From contig JBHIUZ010000002.1 in the NCBI GenBank assembly GCA_042138025.1, positions 3,195 through 67,194 on the forward strand: a DNA stretch of 64,000 nt, given 5' to 3'. Positions 36,099-45,770 of this stretch are shown one piece after another; position 1 is the first letter of the stretch; each line of letters opens with the position of its first letter. This DNA comes from Nitrosopumilaceae archaeon. GTDB lineage: Archaea; Thermoproteota; Nitrososphaeria; Nitrososphaerales; Nitrosopumilaceae. A program made the position numbers and the translations under genes. The notes below the pieces were generated by a model. The model was given only the letters and a program-made list of their open reading frames with translations, was not told where the DNA came from and did no database searches.

Positions 36099-37116
36099 CA
36101 ATTTTGTCAATTTGATTATTTGACACTGCGTTCTTTACTTCGCGAGCAATTCTTCTTCCCATACTCATCGGTTCATCATAAAGTAAAGTAGAATATGGTG
36201 AACCCTCCATGAAGATATTTGTACCTGCAACTATTCTTGCAGAAAATTCAAATGAATGAAATTTTGCATCAGCATCATAAACTCCTTCAATGCAAAATGG
36301 ACCATTCATACCTGGTGACACTAGTCTTTTTGCAGCGTCAACAAATTGCTCCCCCATCGAATAGACTTCTGATAATAATGATTCTCTTAATACTAATGGA
36401 CTATTTGCTATTACATTAAAAGACGGAACATCATCCATTTCCATTTGATTTGATGATGGTATTCTTGCTAAACCTTCGATATCTGATTCATGTCTTTTAT
36501 CAACTCCAAAAAACTCTAGTTCTTCTTTGAGAGGAGAATAAAAATATTGCAAATAAGCTAAAACACCTGAAGTATATTCTTGAATGTAAAGATCCGCGTC
36601 GCCTTTAATTATCCCCTTTGCGATTAGCTTATCTCGTTTTTTATAATACTCATTTTCACTTGATGCCAAAAAATATCCTTTTCCTCCAGCTGCCCCATGT
36701 CTTTTTGCAATAACTAATTTGTTTATCTCTTTAGGACTCGAGATAGATTTAGGAACATTTAGCTTTGACTCTAGCATTAATTTTTCTTTTAATTTTCTGT
36801 CCGATTCCCAACGCAAAATAGATTTATTTCCAAATATTGGAATTTTTATTGATTCAATTTCTGATGAACTCATTTCTGAAATTAAAGTTCCATGTGGAAT
36901 TAAAATGGCGTCATTTTTATCTAAAGTATCATTGCATTTGTTATCTAATATTTCATTAAAAGAATTAACTAAAATTATTTCATCAATAAAACTAAACCTA
37001 CGATAAAGACTCTCACGTTTTTTTTCACAAATTAAAATTGATTTAAGACCTTCATCCTTTGCACCTTTTAGCACCTGGAGTGAACAATGAGAACCCAGGG
37101 TGGCTATCGAAGTCAA
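36091..37116 (-). CDS. purP: 5-formaminoimidazole-4-carboxamide ribonucleotide (FAICAR) synthetase PurP
   Basis: IATLGSHCSLQVLKGAKDEGLKSILIC N-terminus and ATP-grasp body typical of archaeal PurP. Confidence 0.88.
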   Translation of the reverse strand: MTSIATLGSHCSLQVLKGAKDEGLKSILICEKKRESLYRRFSFIDEIILVNSFNEILDNKCNDTLDKNDAILIPHGTLISEMSSSEIESIKIPIFGNKSILRWESDRKLKEKLMLESKLNVPKSISSPKEINKLVIAKRHGAAGGKGYFLASSENEYYKKRDKLIAKGIIKGDADLYIQEYTSGVLAYLQYFYSPLKEELEFFGVDKRHESDIEGLARIPSSNQMEMDDVPSFNVIANSPLVLRESLLSEVYSMGEQFVDAAKRLVSPGMNGPFCIEGVYDADAKFHSFEFSARIVAGTNIFMEGSPYSTLLYDEPMSMGRRIAREVKNAVSNNQIDKIVT

Positions 37117-37144
37117 ATCTTATTATTTTTTAAGAAACTGCACT

Positions 37145-37444
37145 TTATGAATCATCCATCCTAACTTTTGAAATATATTCAAATACCTCATCTATCAAAT
37201 TAATCGATATTATTGATTTTAGCTCATTTGGAGTCATTTTTAATATAAAATCAATTAGAGAGGTATTTTCAGGCAATGAGCCTTTTTCAGTCATTAACGA
37301 GTATCCTGCGATAGCATTTGAAATAATAGCAATTGTTTTTTCCTTATCTGTTAGAACCATACTCCCAATCTTGATTTCAGGCATAAAAATGATAGATCTA
37401 CTTAACAAATTTTTTGATTTTATATGTTCTGTATGCACAGACAA
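37145..37444 (-). CDS. Hypothetical protein
   Basis: 99-aa ORF with no motif recognised. Confidence 0.35.
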   Translation of the reverse strand: MSVHTEHIKSKNLLSRSIIFMPEIKIGSMVLTDKEKTIAIISNAIAGYSLMTEKGSLPENTSLIDFILKMTPNELKSIISINLIDEVFEYISKVRMDDS

Positions 37445-37476
37445 TGGTCTTTTTGTATATAATAGACAAATCGTCT

Positions 37477-38907
37477 ATGCATAGATGCAAAAAATGTGAT
37501 GTAGAATTTAGAAAAAAAAATACACTTGAACAACATATTCAATATATCCATAAATCAGATTTCCCATCCATTAAAAAAATTTTAATTTTAGGTGGAGGGT
37601 TTGGCGGAGTAAATATTCTGAGAAAAATTCAAAACATATTTCAAGATAAAGTAAATGTAGATATCAGCATTGTAAACCAAGATAATTTTTTTCTTTTTAC
37701 TCCTATGTTACCAGAAGTAGCATCAGGAATGATACACCCTCGAGACATATCTATCCCGATTCGAACCTTTTGTAAACGAGCAAAATTTTATCAAGCAGTT
37801 GTTTCCTCAATTGATTTAGAACAAAAATTAGTTACAATCACTAGGTTATTTGATGGAAAAGTACATGCTCTAGAATACGACTTTCTTATCTTATCGATGG
37901 GAAGTATTACGAATTTTTTTGGAAATAAAAATATTGAGAAACACTCGTTTACAATAAAATCAATCGAGGATGCAATAGGAATCAGAAATCATTCTATTAA
38001 CATGCTTGAAAATGCTGGTCAAACAAGTGATCCTGACTTGCAGCAAAAACTTATGACATTTACCGTTGTTGGTGGGGGATTTGCAGGAGTTGAAACTATA
38101 GGGGAACTAAATCATCTAATTAGAGAATCTGCTGCACGATTATATCCAAATATTAATTCTGAAAAAATTAACATGGTTTTAGTCTCATCCAAAAATGGAA
38201 TTTTACCTGAAGTAACTGAAAAATTAAGTAACAAGGCTATGAAATACCTCAAAAAAAACGGTGTGCAGATTTTAACTAATACAAAAGCTATTGATGCTGA
38301 TGAAGATTACGTACTATTAGATAATGGTAACAAAATTCCATGTACGACACTTATTTGGACAGGAGGAGTGACTGTTGATCCCGTGATCACTGAATTAAAA
38401 TGTGAGCATGGAAAATCTGGAAAAGTTCAAGTTGACAAATATTTACGATTAATAGGATACCCAAACGTCTTTGCTTTAGGAGACTGTGCTGAAATAATTG
38501 ATTCAACTACGGGGTTACCATATCCTCCAACTGCTCAACATGCTATTCATCAGAGTCTAACCTTATCTCATAATCTAAACGTGTCATTAACTGGAAAAGG
38601 TTCTATGACCGAATTTTCATTTCATAGTAAGGGCATGATGGCAATAATAGGAAAAAGAAATGCGATTGTATCTGCTTTTGGATATAATTTTCAGGGAGTC
38701 ATACCTTGGATGATTTGGAGAATGTATTATGTTCTTCAAATGCCTGCTTTAGGAAAAAGGATCAAAGTCATTTTAGATTGGACTGTGGATTCGTTCTTTA
38801 AACGAGATTTAACTGCCTATGGTCAAATCAAAAAGAAAAACTTGACTAAAGTCGATATTAAAGATGAAGTTCCATCACTGAGAGATTTACTTTTTCCAGA
38901 TATGTAG
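37477..38907 (+). CDS. Type II NADH dehydrogenase-like FAD oxidoreductase with N-terminal C2H2 zinc finger
   Basis: ILILGGGFGG and VVGGGFAGVE dinucleotide folds and GDCA are NDH-2 hallmarks. First 26 aa are MHRCKKCDVEFRKKNTLEQHIQYIHK. Start moved to the ATG at 37477. Confidence 0.85.
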   Translation: MHRCKKCDVEFRKKNTLEQHIQYIHKSDFPSIKKILILGGGFGGVNILRKIQNIFQDKVNVDISIVNQDNFFLFTPMLPEVASGMIHPRDISIPIRTFCKRAKFYQAVVSSIDLEQKLVTITRLFDGKVHALEYDFLILSMGSITNFFGNKNIEKHSFTIKSIEDAIGIRNHSINMLENAGQTSDPDLQQKLMTFTVVGGGFAGVETIGELNHLIRESAARLYPNINSEKINMVLVSSKNGILPEVTEKLSNKAMKYLKKNGVQILTNTKAIDADEDYVLLDNGNKIPCTTLIWTGGVTVDPVITELKCEHGKSGKVQVDKYLRLIGYPNVFALGDCAEIIDSTTGLPYPPTAQHAIHQSLTLSHNLNVSLTGKGSMTEFSFHSKGMMAIIGKRNAIVSAFGYNFQGVIPWMIWRMYYVLQMPALGKRIKVILDWTVDSFFKRDLTAYGQIKKKNLTKVDIKDEVPSLRDLLFPDM

Positions 38908-39256
38908 TGATTAATTTAGAATCTGAATTTTTACAATAGTCTCTTCTCCAGAAATTAGTCTGGCATGTTTTTCACACATTCGAAAAAACATCCTACATGT
39001 AGATTTTTTTGAATATTTACTTTGAAAATAATATAATGCAATTAAGAGATAGGCTTCAGCATTGCATTGAGGTATTATGCAGATCATCTCTATTTTTATT
39101 AATTCACAAGTATAATTGATCTGATTGATTTACCACTCACACGTCATAAAAATCCCTAGAAAAACTAGGTTTTATCATTGATAATTATGAAAAATATTAT
39201 TGAACCCAAAATTCAACATAATTTTTTAAGAGGAAGATTTAGACAGAATTAAAGTA

Positions 39257-40567
39257 ATGATAGAAACTGAATTAGGAAATTTAAGAAGAACTCACTATTC
39301 AAAAGAACTTGATCCTTCAAAAGATGGCTTGGATGTAACAGTAATGGGGTGGGTTTTAAGCGTAAGAGGACATGGTAACATTTCATTTGTAACAATTCGT
39401 GACAAATTAGGCCAAATCCAAATAGTTGCCAAAACTGGGGACTGCCCAGATGAAATACGCGAAAAGATTTCAAGTTTAAAAGAACATTCATCAATTGGAG
39501 TATCTGGAAAAATAAAATCATCTGAAAAGGCACCAAACGGTGTAGAAATTATTCCAAAAGAATTGCGTGTATTTTCAGAAGTTGAAAAAATTCCTCCATT
39601 TGAGCCTCAAGCAAAAACTGTAAAAAATATTGATACACGATTGGAAGTAAGACCAATTGATCTAAGACGAAATGTTCTACAACAAATTTTTACAGTTAGA
39701 AGCATTATATTAAAAACAATACGGGATTATTTTTATCAAGAAGATTTTATTGAAATCAATACCCCTAAAATGATTGCTACTGCAACTGAAGGCGGTGCAG
39801 CTTTGTTTCCAATTTTTTATTATAATAAAGAGGCATTTTTGGCACAAAGCCCACAACTTTACAAAGAACAACTTACAATGAGTTTTGAAAAAGTTTTTGA
39901 AATAGCTCCAATTTTTCGTGCAGAACCATCTAGAACAAACAGACATTTAGCTGAAGCCATTTCAATAGATTTTGAGGAAGCATTTGTTGATTACAATGAT
40001 ATTATGAATAGAATTGAAAAAATAATCAAAAAAACAATTCAAACTACAATTGACTATGCAAAAGAACACCCAGATTCTGAATTAATTATTCCGAAAATCC
40101 CTGAAACAATCCCAAGATATTCTTATACCGAACTAGTAGAAAAAATGAAAAATGTAGGTGCTAAAACAGAATGGGGAGATGATCTATACCCATCAAATCT
40201 AAAAAAAATTGGATTAAGTGGATTTTATTTTATTAAAGATTGGCCAACTGGTCCTAAACCATTTTACGTTAAAGTTAGTAAAGAAAACCCAAAGATTTCT
40301 GAATCTTTTGATTTAATGTTTGGGGATTTGGAATTATCTTCTGGAAGTACTAGAATAGAGAAAAAAGAGGAGCTTGCAGAGCGTATGAAAAACAAAGGAA
40401 TGAAAGTCGATGCATTTGGATATCATTTAGGGGCATTTGATTATGGCGTACCTCCACATGCAGGTTGTGGAATAGGTCTTGAGAGATTGATAATGGCACT
40501 TACAGGAACAGAAAACATACGTGATACAACATTTTATCCCAGAGATGTTGATAGATTAACACCATAG
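39257..40567 (+). CDS. aspS: Aspartyl-tRNA synthetase (archaeal type, probably non-discriminating)
   Basis: OB-fold N-terminus and class II motifs (FEIAPIFRAEPSRTNRHLAE, GCGIGLERL). Directly followed by gatCAB. Confidence 0.95.
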   Translation: MIETELGNLRRTHYSKELDPSKDGLDVTVMGWVLSVRGHGNISFVTIRDKLGQIQIVAKTGDCPDEIREKISSLKEHSSIGVSGKIKSSEKAPNGVEIIPKELRVFSEVEKIPPFEPQAKTVKNIDTRLEVRPIDLRRNVLQQIFTVRSIILKTIRDYFYQEDFIEINTPKMIATATEGGAALFPIFYYNKEAFLAQSPQLYKEQLTMSFEKVFEIAPIFRAEPSRTNRHLAEAISIDFEEAFVDYNDIMNRIEKIIKKTIQTTIDYAKEHPDSELIIPKIPETIPRYSYTELVEKMKNVGAKTEWGDDLYPSNLKKIGLSGFYFIKDWPTGPKPFYVKVSKENPKISESFDLMFGDLELSSGSTRIEKKEELAERMKNKGMKVDAFGYHLGAFDYGVPPHAGCGIGLERLIMALTGTENIRDTTFYPRDVDRLTP

Positions 40568-40576
40568 GTGAGATAA

Positions 40577-40843
40577 ATGGTATCAAAAGAAGAGATTGAA
40601 CATGTTGCAAAATTAATGAGAATTGAAATTGATGATCACAAAGTTCATGTCGATAGAGTTCAAAAAATGATAGCGTATTTTGACATACTAGATAAAGCAA
40701 ATGTAGAATCTGACGAATTAAGAGTCAATGAACAAACAGTAGATAATCTTAGAGAAGATGTTCATATCCAATATGAAAATAAATTAATTAAAAATTTAAA
40801 AAATTACAAGGATTACTACGTAAGAGCTCCAAAGATGGTATAA
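40577..40843 (+). CDS. gatC: Aspartyl/glutamyl-tRNA amidotransferase subunit C
   Basis: 88 aa. EEIEHVAKLMRIEI...LREDV is the GatC pattern. Confidence 0.88.
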   Translation: MVSKEEIEHVAKLMRIEIDDHKVHVDRVQKMIAYFDILDKANVESDELRVNEQTVDNLREDVHIQYENKLIKNLKNYKDYYVRAPKMV

Positions 40844-40844
40844 C

Positions 40845-42290
40845 TTGAATCTTGGAATTTCTGCTCTAAAATACATAGAGGAAATAAAAAATGGAAACTT
40901 GACGGTTGAAGAGTTTATTTCAAAAACTATTGAAAGAATTCAAAAAGTAGATTCAGATCTTCATGCGTATTTATCATTAAATGAGCAATCTATAGAACAA
41001 GCAAGAGTAATCGATAAAAAAATCAAAGCTAAAGAAAATGTAGGCCCATGCATGGGAATGCCTATTTCAATTAAAGATAACATATGTGTTAATGGAACAA
41101 AAACTACATGTGCATCTAAAATGTTAGAAAATTTTGTTGCGCCATATGATGCAACAGTTGTTACAAAACTAATGGATAATGATGCAATAATTATTGGAAA
41201 AACAAATCTTGATGAATTTGCAATGGGTTTAACTACTGAGTTTAGTGCATTTGGACCTAGCAAAAATCCATGGAATACAGATTATGTTCCAGGAGGCTCA
41301 TCTGGAGGAAGTGCGGTAGCCGTTAGTGCCAATGAGTGTATTGCATCTCTAGGTTCTGATACTGGCGGCTCAGTTAGAAACCCCGCAAGTTTTTGTTCCA
41401 TAGTTGGATACAAACCTACATACGGTTTAATCAGCCGTTATGGATTAATTTCTTATTCAAACAGTATTGAACAAATTGGTCCAATGACAAAAACTGTTGA
41501 AGATACGGCATTTTTACTTAATATCATCTCAGGTAAAGATTCTAGAGATAACACTACCGTAAATAATCAAAAAGAAGATTATCTTAAAAATATCGATTCA
41601 GGAGTAAACGGCAAAACATTTGGAATAATTAAAGAGATGACCCAAAATGGTGTAGATGGCCAAGTATCTAATGCGTTAAAAAAATCAATTTCTAATTTAG
41701 AATCATTAGGTGCTAGCTTTGAAGAAATTTCCTTAGATATGGTGGAATATTCTGTAGCGGCGTATTATACAATCACTGCTACAGAGGCAGGAAGTAATCT
41801 TGCACGCTATGATAATCTTAGATATGGTTATGATTTTGATTTGGAAGGTTATGAATACAATTCGTATATCTCTAAAGCAAGAAAAAATTTTGGTCCTGAA
41901 GTTACTAGGAGATTAATTTTAGGAGGTTTTGTGCCTTCAGCTGGACATGCAGGAAAATATTTTCTAAAAGCAATGAAAGTAAAAAGTAAATTAACAGAAG
42001 AGGTAAATGAGGCTCTAAATAAAGTAGACATGTTAATTTCACCAACTGTTCCAATCCTTCCATTCAAATTTGGTGAAAAGATTGATGATCCTGTTGCATT
42101 ATTTTTGGTAGATAGCAATACTGTTACAGCTAATCTTACTGAAAAACCATCAATATCAGTACCCTTTGAAATCTCAAATGGATTGCCAATTGGTATTCAG
42201 TTTATGGCAAAATCCATGCAGGATAAAATGCTTTTACAAACCGCATATGCTCTTCAAAATACGGTAAAACTACCTGAGGTTCCTATTTAA
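40845..42290 (+). CDS. gatA: Aspartyl/glutamyl-tRNA amidotransferase subunit A
   Basis: Amidase signature GGSSGGSAVAV...GSDTGGSVRNPAS. TTG start. Confidence 0.95.
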   Translation: MNLGISALKYIEEIKNGNLTVEEFISKTIERIQKVDSDLHAYLSLNEQSIEQARVIDKKIKAKENVGPCMGMPISIKDNICVNGTKTTCASKMLENFVAPYDATVVTKLMDNDAIIIGKTNLDEFAMGLTTEFSAFGPSKNPWNTDYVPGGSSGGSAVAVSANECIASLGSDTGGSVRNPASFCSIVGYKPTYGLISRYGLISYSNSIEQIGPMTKTVEDTAFLLNIISGKDSRDNTTVNNQKEDYLKNIDSGVNGKTFGIIKEMTQNGVDGQVSNALKKSISNLESLGASFEEISLDMVEYSVAAYYTITATEAGSNLARYDNLRYGYDFDLEGYEYNSYISKARKNFGPEVTRRLILGGFVPSAGHAGKYFLKAMKVKSKLTEEVNEALNKVDMLISPTVPILPFKFGEKIDDPVALFLVDSNTVTANLTEKPSISVPFEISNGLPIGIQFMAKSMQDKMLLQTAYALQNTVKLPEVPI

Positions 42291-42291
42291 A

Positions 42292-43701
42292 ATGACAAAA
42301 ATTGGATTAGAGATTCATTGTCAATTGACCAATTTAGAAAGTAAACTATTTTGTTCGTGTAAAGCAAATTATCGCGAATATTCACCAAATACAAACATCT
42401 GTCCAATATGCATTGGACTGCCAGGTGCCCTTCCAATGTTAAATAAAAAAGCCGTTGAAAAATCTACTATGATTTCAATGGCATTAAATTGTAAAACGCC
42501 TGAAAAAATTGCATTTTTTAGGAAAAATTATTTTTATCCAGATTTGCCAAAAAATTTTCAAATCACTCAACTTGATGCATATGGACCTACAAGTATTGGA
42601 CATGATGGGAAAATTACAATTGAGGGAAAAGAAATTAGAATCAGACGAATTCAGATAGAAGAAGATCCGGGTAGACTAATCTATGAAGGCTCATCTGAAA
42701 AAACTCAAATTACATTGGTAGATTATAACCGAGCTGGAACTCCGCTTGTAGAAATTGTTACAGAGCCTGATTTTGAAAATCCAAAACAGGTTAGAGTATT
42801 TTTAAACATTTTAGTAGATTTATTATCAAATCTTGGCGTATCAGATCCATCCCTTGAGGGGGCTTTGAGAGCTGATGGAAATGTGTCAGTTGATGGAGGA
42901 AATAAAGTTGAAATTAAAAACGTTTCATCATTTCATGATTTAGAAAAAGCAATTCATTTTGAAATAACTAGACAGCAAAGTCTAGTTGAACGAAACATTC
43001 CAGTAATATCTGAAACTAGACAATGGGACGATAAACGAAAAATTACTGTATCTGCGAGAACTAAAGAAGAAGAACAAGACTATCGCTTTTTTCTTGAAGG
43101 CGATATCCCTTGGGTAAAACTAAGCCCTTCTCTTTTTAAAAAATTAAGAGAAAAAATGCCTGAAAGTATTGCATCAAAGAGAGATAGATATGTAGAAAAA
43201 TACAAAATACCAAGTCAAGTAGCTGATGTTTTATCATCTGACAAATATTATGCAGATTTATTTGAGAAATCTCATGATGAAAAAAACGCAAAAGAGATAG
43301 CCAATATAATCACTACTGATTTAATGGGATTTGTAGATACTCGAGAAAAAAGAGAAGAACTAAAACTAACTCCTATTCATTTATCTGAATTGGCTAATGC
43401 AATAATTTCAAAAAAACTTTCAAGAAATTCTGCAAAAATTGCACTTCAAGAAATCGTGAAAAGTGGAAAACCACTTTCAGAAATCATTACCGAGAAAGAT
43501 TTAGGAAATGTTTCAGACGAATCTGAAATAACATCAATTATTGATGAAGTAATTACTGAAGAATCAGAAGCAGTTAAAGAAATTAAAGAAAAACCTGAAA
43601 CTGTGAATTTTCTAGTAGGAAAAGTAATGAAAAAAACTCAAGGCAAAGCCAATCCATCTACTACTCTAAATATTTTAAAAAAGAAATTAGGTATTAGTTA
43701 G
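42292..43701 (+). CDS. gatB: Aspartyl/glutamyl-tRNA amidotransferase subunit B
   Basis: IGLEIHCQL, CPICIGLPGALP, DYNRAGTPLVEIVTEPD and a C-terminal YqeY-like tail. Confidence 0.95.
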   Translation: MTKIGLEIHCQLTNLESKLFCSCKANYREYSPNTNICPICIGLPGALPMLNKKAVEKSTMISMALNCKTPEKIAFFRKNYFYPDLPKNFQITQLDAYGPTSIGHDGKITIEGKEIRIRRIQIEEDPGRLIYEGSSEKTQITLVDYNRAGTPLVEIVTEPDFENPKQVRVFLNILVDLLSNLGVSDPSLEGALRADGNVSVDGGNKVEIKNVSSFHDLEKAIHFEITRQQSLVERNIPVISETRQWDDKRKITVSARTKEEEQDYRFFLEGDIPWVKLSPSLFKKLREKMPESIASKRDRYVEKYKIPSQVADVLSSDKYYADLFEKSHDEKNAKEIANIITTDLMGFVDTREKREELKLTPIHLSELANAIISKKLSRNSAKIALQEIVKSGKPLSEIITEKDLGNVSDESEITSIIDEVITEESEAVKEIKEKPETVNFLVGKVMKKTQGKANPSTTLNILKKKLGIS

Positions 43702-44907
43702 CTATTTTTTTAATGCCTTTAACAGTTTATAGTATTCATTTACAGTTATTTCGCCTTTTGCCAATCTATCTTTAATTACTTTAACTGGATCATCATTTTG
43801 CTTTAAATTCATTAATTTTTTCTTTAGCCAAAAACTGTTTTGAGATATTTGCTCAGTGTTGGATTCTACCTTTTTTTGTAATATTGATTTATTTTTTAAT
43901 ATTTGCTCAGTATTTGAATCAACTTTTCGTTTAACTCCATACACTGCTCCAAACAAAATGCCCAATCCTCCTAGTGCAAGTAGCATTTGACCCATTTCAG
44001 AATTTTTTGTATCTGTCATAATACTAGTGTTAGCAGCGGATGATTCTACTAAATTTGGAGATGATTCTTGAGTTGGGACTGGAGGTTCGATGATATTAGA
44101 TTTATCTATATCTTTAGGAGTTGATTCTTCTGGGATTATACCAACTGCTTCATAGATGGTCAAGTCAGGAAAATTTGTATTAAACCATTCTTTGTAAGCT
44201 GGTTCGTTATTGTATCTATCAATGTAATATTGTGGATCTACTTCAGGATCTATGAATTGAGATACATCTATGATTTTTTTTGCTTCTTCATTGATAGTTA
44301 ATCCAACTGCTTCATAGATGGTCAAGTCAGGAAAATTTGTATTAAACCATTCTTTGTAAGCTGGTTCGTTATTGTATCTATCAATGTAATATTGTGGATC
44401 TTTTGTAGGATCAACAAACGATGCAATTTTTGAAACAGGTTCTGGCTTTGTGTCGTTTTGAAAACTTGTTTGAGAAACAGTTACTGGTTCTTCATTAATT
44501 ACTTTTTTAGAATCCATTACTGATGGATTAACTGGAGACCCATCAAGTGAAAAATCAAACCTAGTCAATGAACCCTCTGTCATATTTACTAAAAAAGCAG
44601 TAGCATTGTAAATTCCATGAATGGAAAATTTCTCATTGATATCAACACTTCTTTCAAAAGTATTGTCCGGATTGATTAAAGCTTGAGTTAGTAACACGAA
44701 TTTATCATTAGAATCTCGAATAACTATTGTGACTAATCCAGACGAATCGTTATCAACTGTACCTGAAAAAATAATTGTATCATCTAATGTGTAAAATAAT
44801 CGGTCAGTTTGAATCGTTTCGACTTCGGAATATGATGGCAAAATAGATGAGGAAAATAAGATTCCAAGTAACATCCACGAAAGAAGATTTCTTCTTTTAG
44901 TTCCCAT
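43702..44907 (-). CDS. Surface protein with internal duplicated module, single C-proximal TM and cytoplasmic SHOCT-like tail
   Basis: Signal peptide; DPQYYIDRYNNEPAYKEWFNTNFPDLTIYEAVG occurs twice; TM is MLLALGGLGILFGAVYGV; tail is RLAKGEITVNEYYKLLKALKK. Confidence 0.6.
   Translation of the reverse strand: MGTKRRNLLSWMLLGILFSSSILPSYSEVETIQTDRLFYTLDDTIIFSGTVDNDSSGLVTIVIRDSNDKFVLLTQALINPDNTFERSVDINEKFSIHGIYNATAFLVNMTEGSLTRFDFSLDGSPVNPSVMDSKKVINEEPVTVSQTSFQNDTKPEPVSKIASFVDPTKDPQYYIDRYNNEPAYKEWFNTNFPDLTIYEAVGLTINEEAKKIIDVSQFIDPEVDPQYYIDRYNNEPAYKEWFNTNFPDLTIYEAVGIIPEESTPKDIDKSNIIEPPVPTQESSPNLVESSAANTSIMTDTKNSEMGQMLLALGGLGILFGAVYGVKRKVDSNTEQILKNKSILQKKVESNTEQISQNSFWLKKKLMNLKQNDDPVKVIKDRLAKGEITVNEYYKLLKALKK
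44141..44401. repeat. Two identical 99-bp copies spaced 162 bp apart inside the surface-protein gene
   Basis: 44141-44239 equals 44303-44401 base for base. Encodes the duplicated DPQYYIDRYNNEPAYKEWFNTNFPDLTIYEAVG module. Confidence 0.9.
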
Positions 44908-45106
44908 TAGAATCGTGTTAGCAATTTTTTCATTTAAAAAACACGAAGAAGTTATCTCTTATTCATAATGCGTAAGGTTTAAGTGAAAAAAACGTCTTTT
45001 TCAAAATAACAATTATTCTATATCTGAACCTAGTCCGATCAGGATGAACATTCCTATTATATTCAAAAACATACTCTTTATAATCAAAAATTCCTAAATT
45101 TTACTA

Positions 45107-45757
45107 ATGATTAGAGCAGTCATCGCAGATGATGATAAAGAAACGGTAAAGCTATTTAGCGAATTATTACAAAGTAATGGAATTAAAGTGGTAGGAAAAG
45201 GATTCAATGGGCATGATGCAGTTTTTTTGTATCAAAAACTAAAACCAGATGTTGTTTATCTGGATGTTGCCATGCCTGTTTTTGATGGGATTTATGCTTT
45301 AGAAAAAATTAGAGAGTTAAACATCGATGCAGTCATAATTATGTTGGCAGATAACATTTCCCTAAATAACGAAATGGCGATGAATAGATTAAATCCATCT
45401 GCAGTAATACATGAACCAATAGATATTAATGAAATAATTAAAAAAACCAACGAATTATGTGCACCAACAACCGATTCTGAACAGCATATGAGAAAAACAA
45501 TGGTCACTCTAGCTTTGAAAAATACTTTACTCCAATTAGGTATAGAAGAATTAGACAAAGTTACTGATATTTTACATAAGGATTACAATTGTACACTAGA
45601 AGATTGTTATGAATACCCCCAATATCTGAAACAAGTTCTAAAAGATCTTTTTGGAGAGTCCTATCAGGATTATATCTTAAATTCTCTTACAGAAAATATG
45701 AAGGATATTATGAGTCAACAGCAAATTAAAGAATTTCTTCAAGAATTAAGTGCATAA
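45107..45757 (+). CDS. Response regulator with atypical receiver and uncharacterised C-terminal domain
   Basis: IADDD and VYLDVAMPVFDG are present, but the usual T/S and K positions read MLA and HEP. About 95 aa of C-terminal domain has no recognised motif. Confidence 0.75.
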   Translation: MIRAVIADDDKETVKLFSELLQSNGIKVVGKGFNGHDAVFLYQKLKPDVVYLDVAMPVFDGIYALEKIRELNIDAVIIMLADNISLNNEMAMNRLNPSAVIHEPIDINEIIKKTNELCAPTTDSEQHMRKTMVTLALKNTLLQLGIEELDKVTDILHKDYNCTLEDCYEYPQYLKQVLKDLFGESYQDYILNSLTENMKDIMSQQQIKEFLQELSA

Positions 45758-45770
45758 GTTTCAAAAAAAT

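Noticed and set aside
38908-39256. 350-bp gap between NDH-2 and aspS, examined for C/D-box or other sRNAs and small ORFs. It contains TGATTA…CTGA, the palindrome CTACATGTAG followed by a T-run, and a 26-codon minus-strand ORF.
   Set aside because: There are no canonical C (RUGAUGA) and D (CUGA) box pairs with proper spacing. The palindrome plus T-tract is adequately explained as a terminator for NDH-2. The small ORF has no features. The same negative result held for the TGATGA at 53066.
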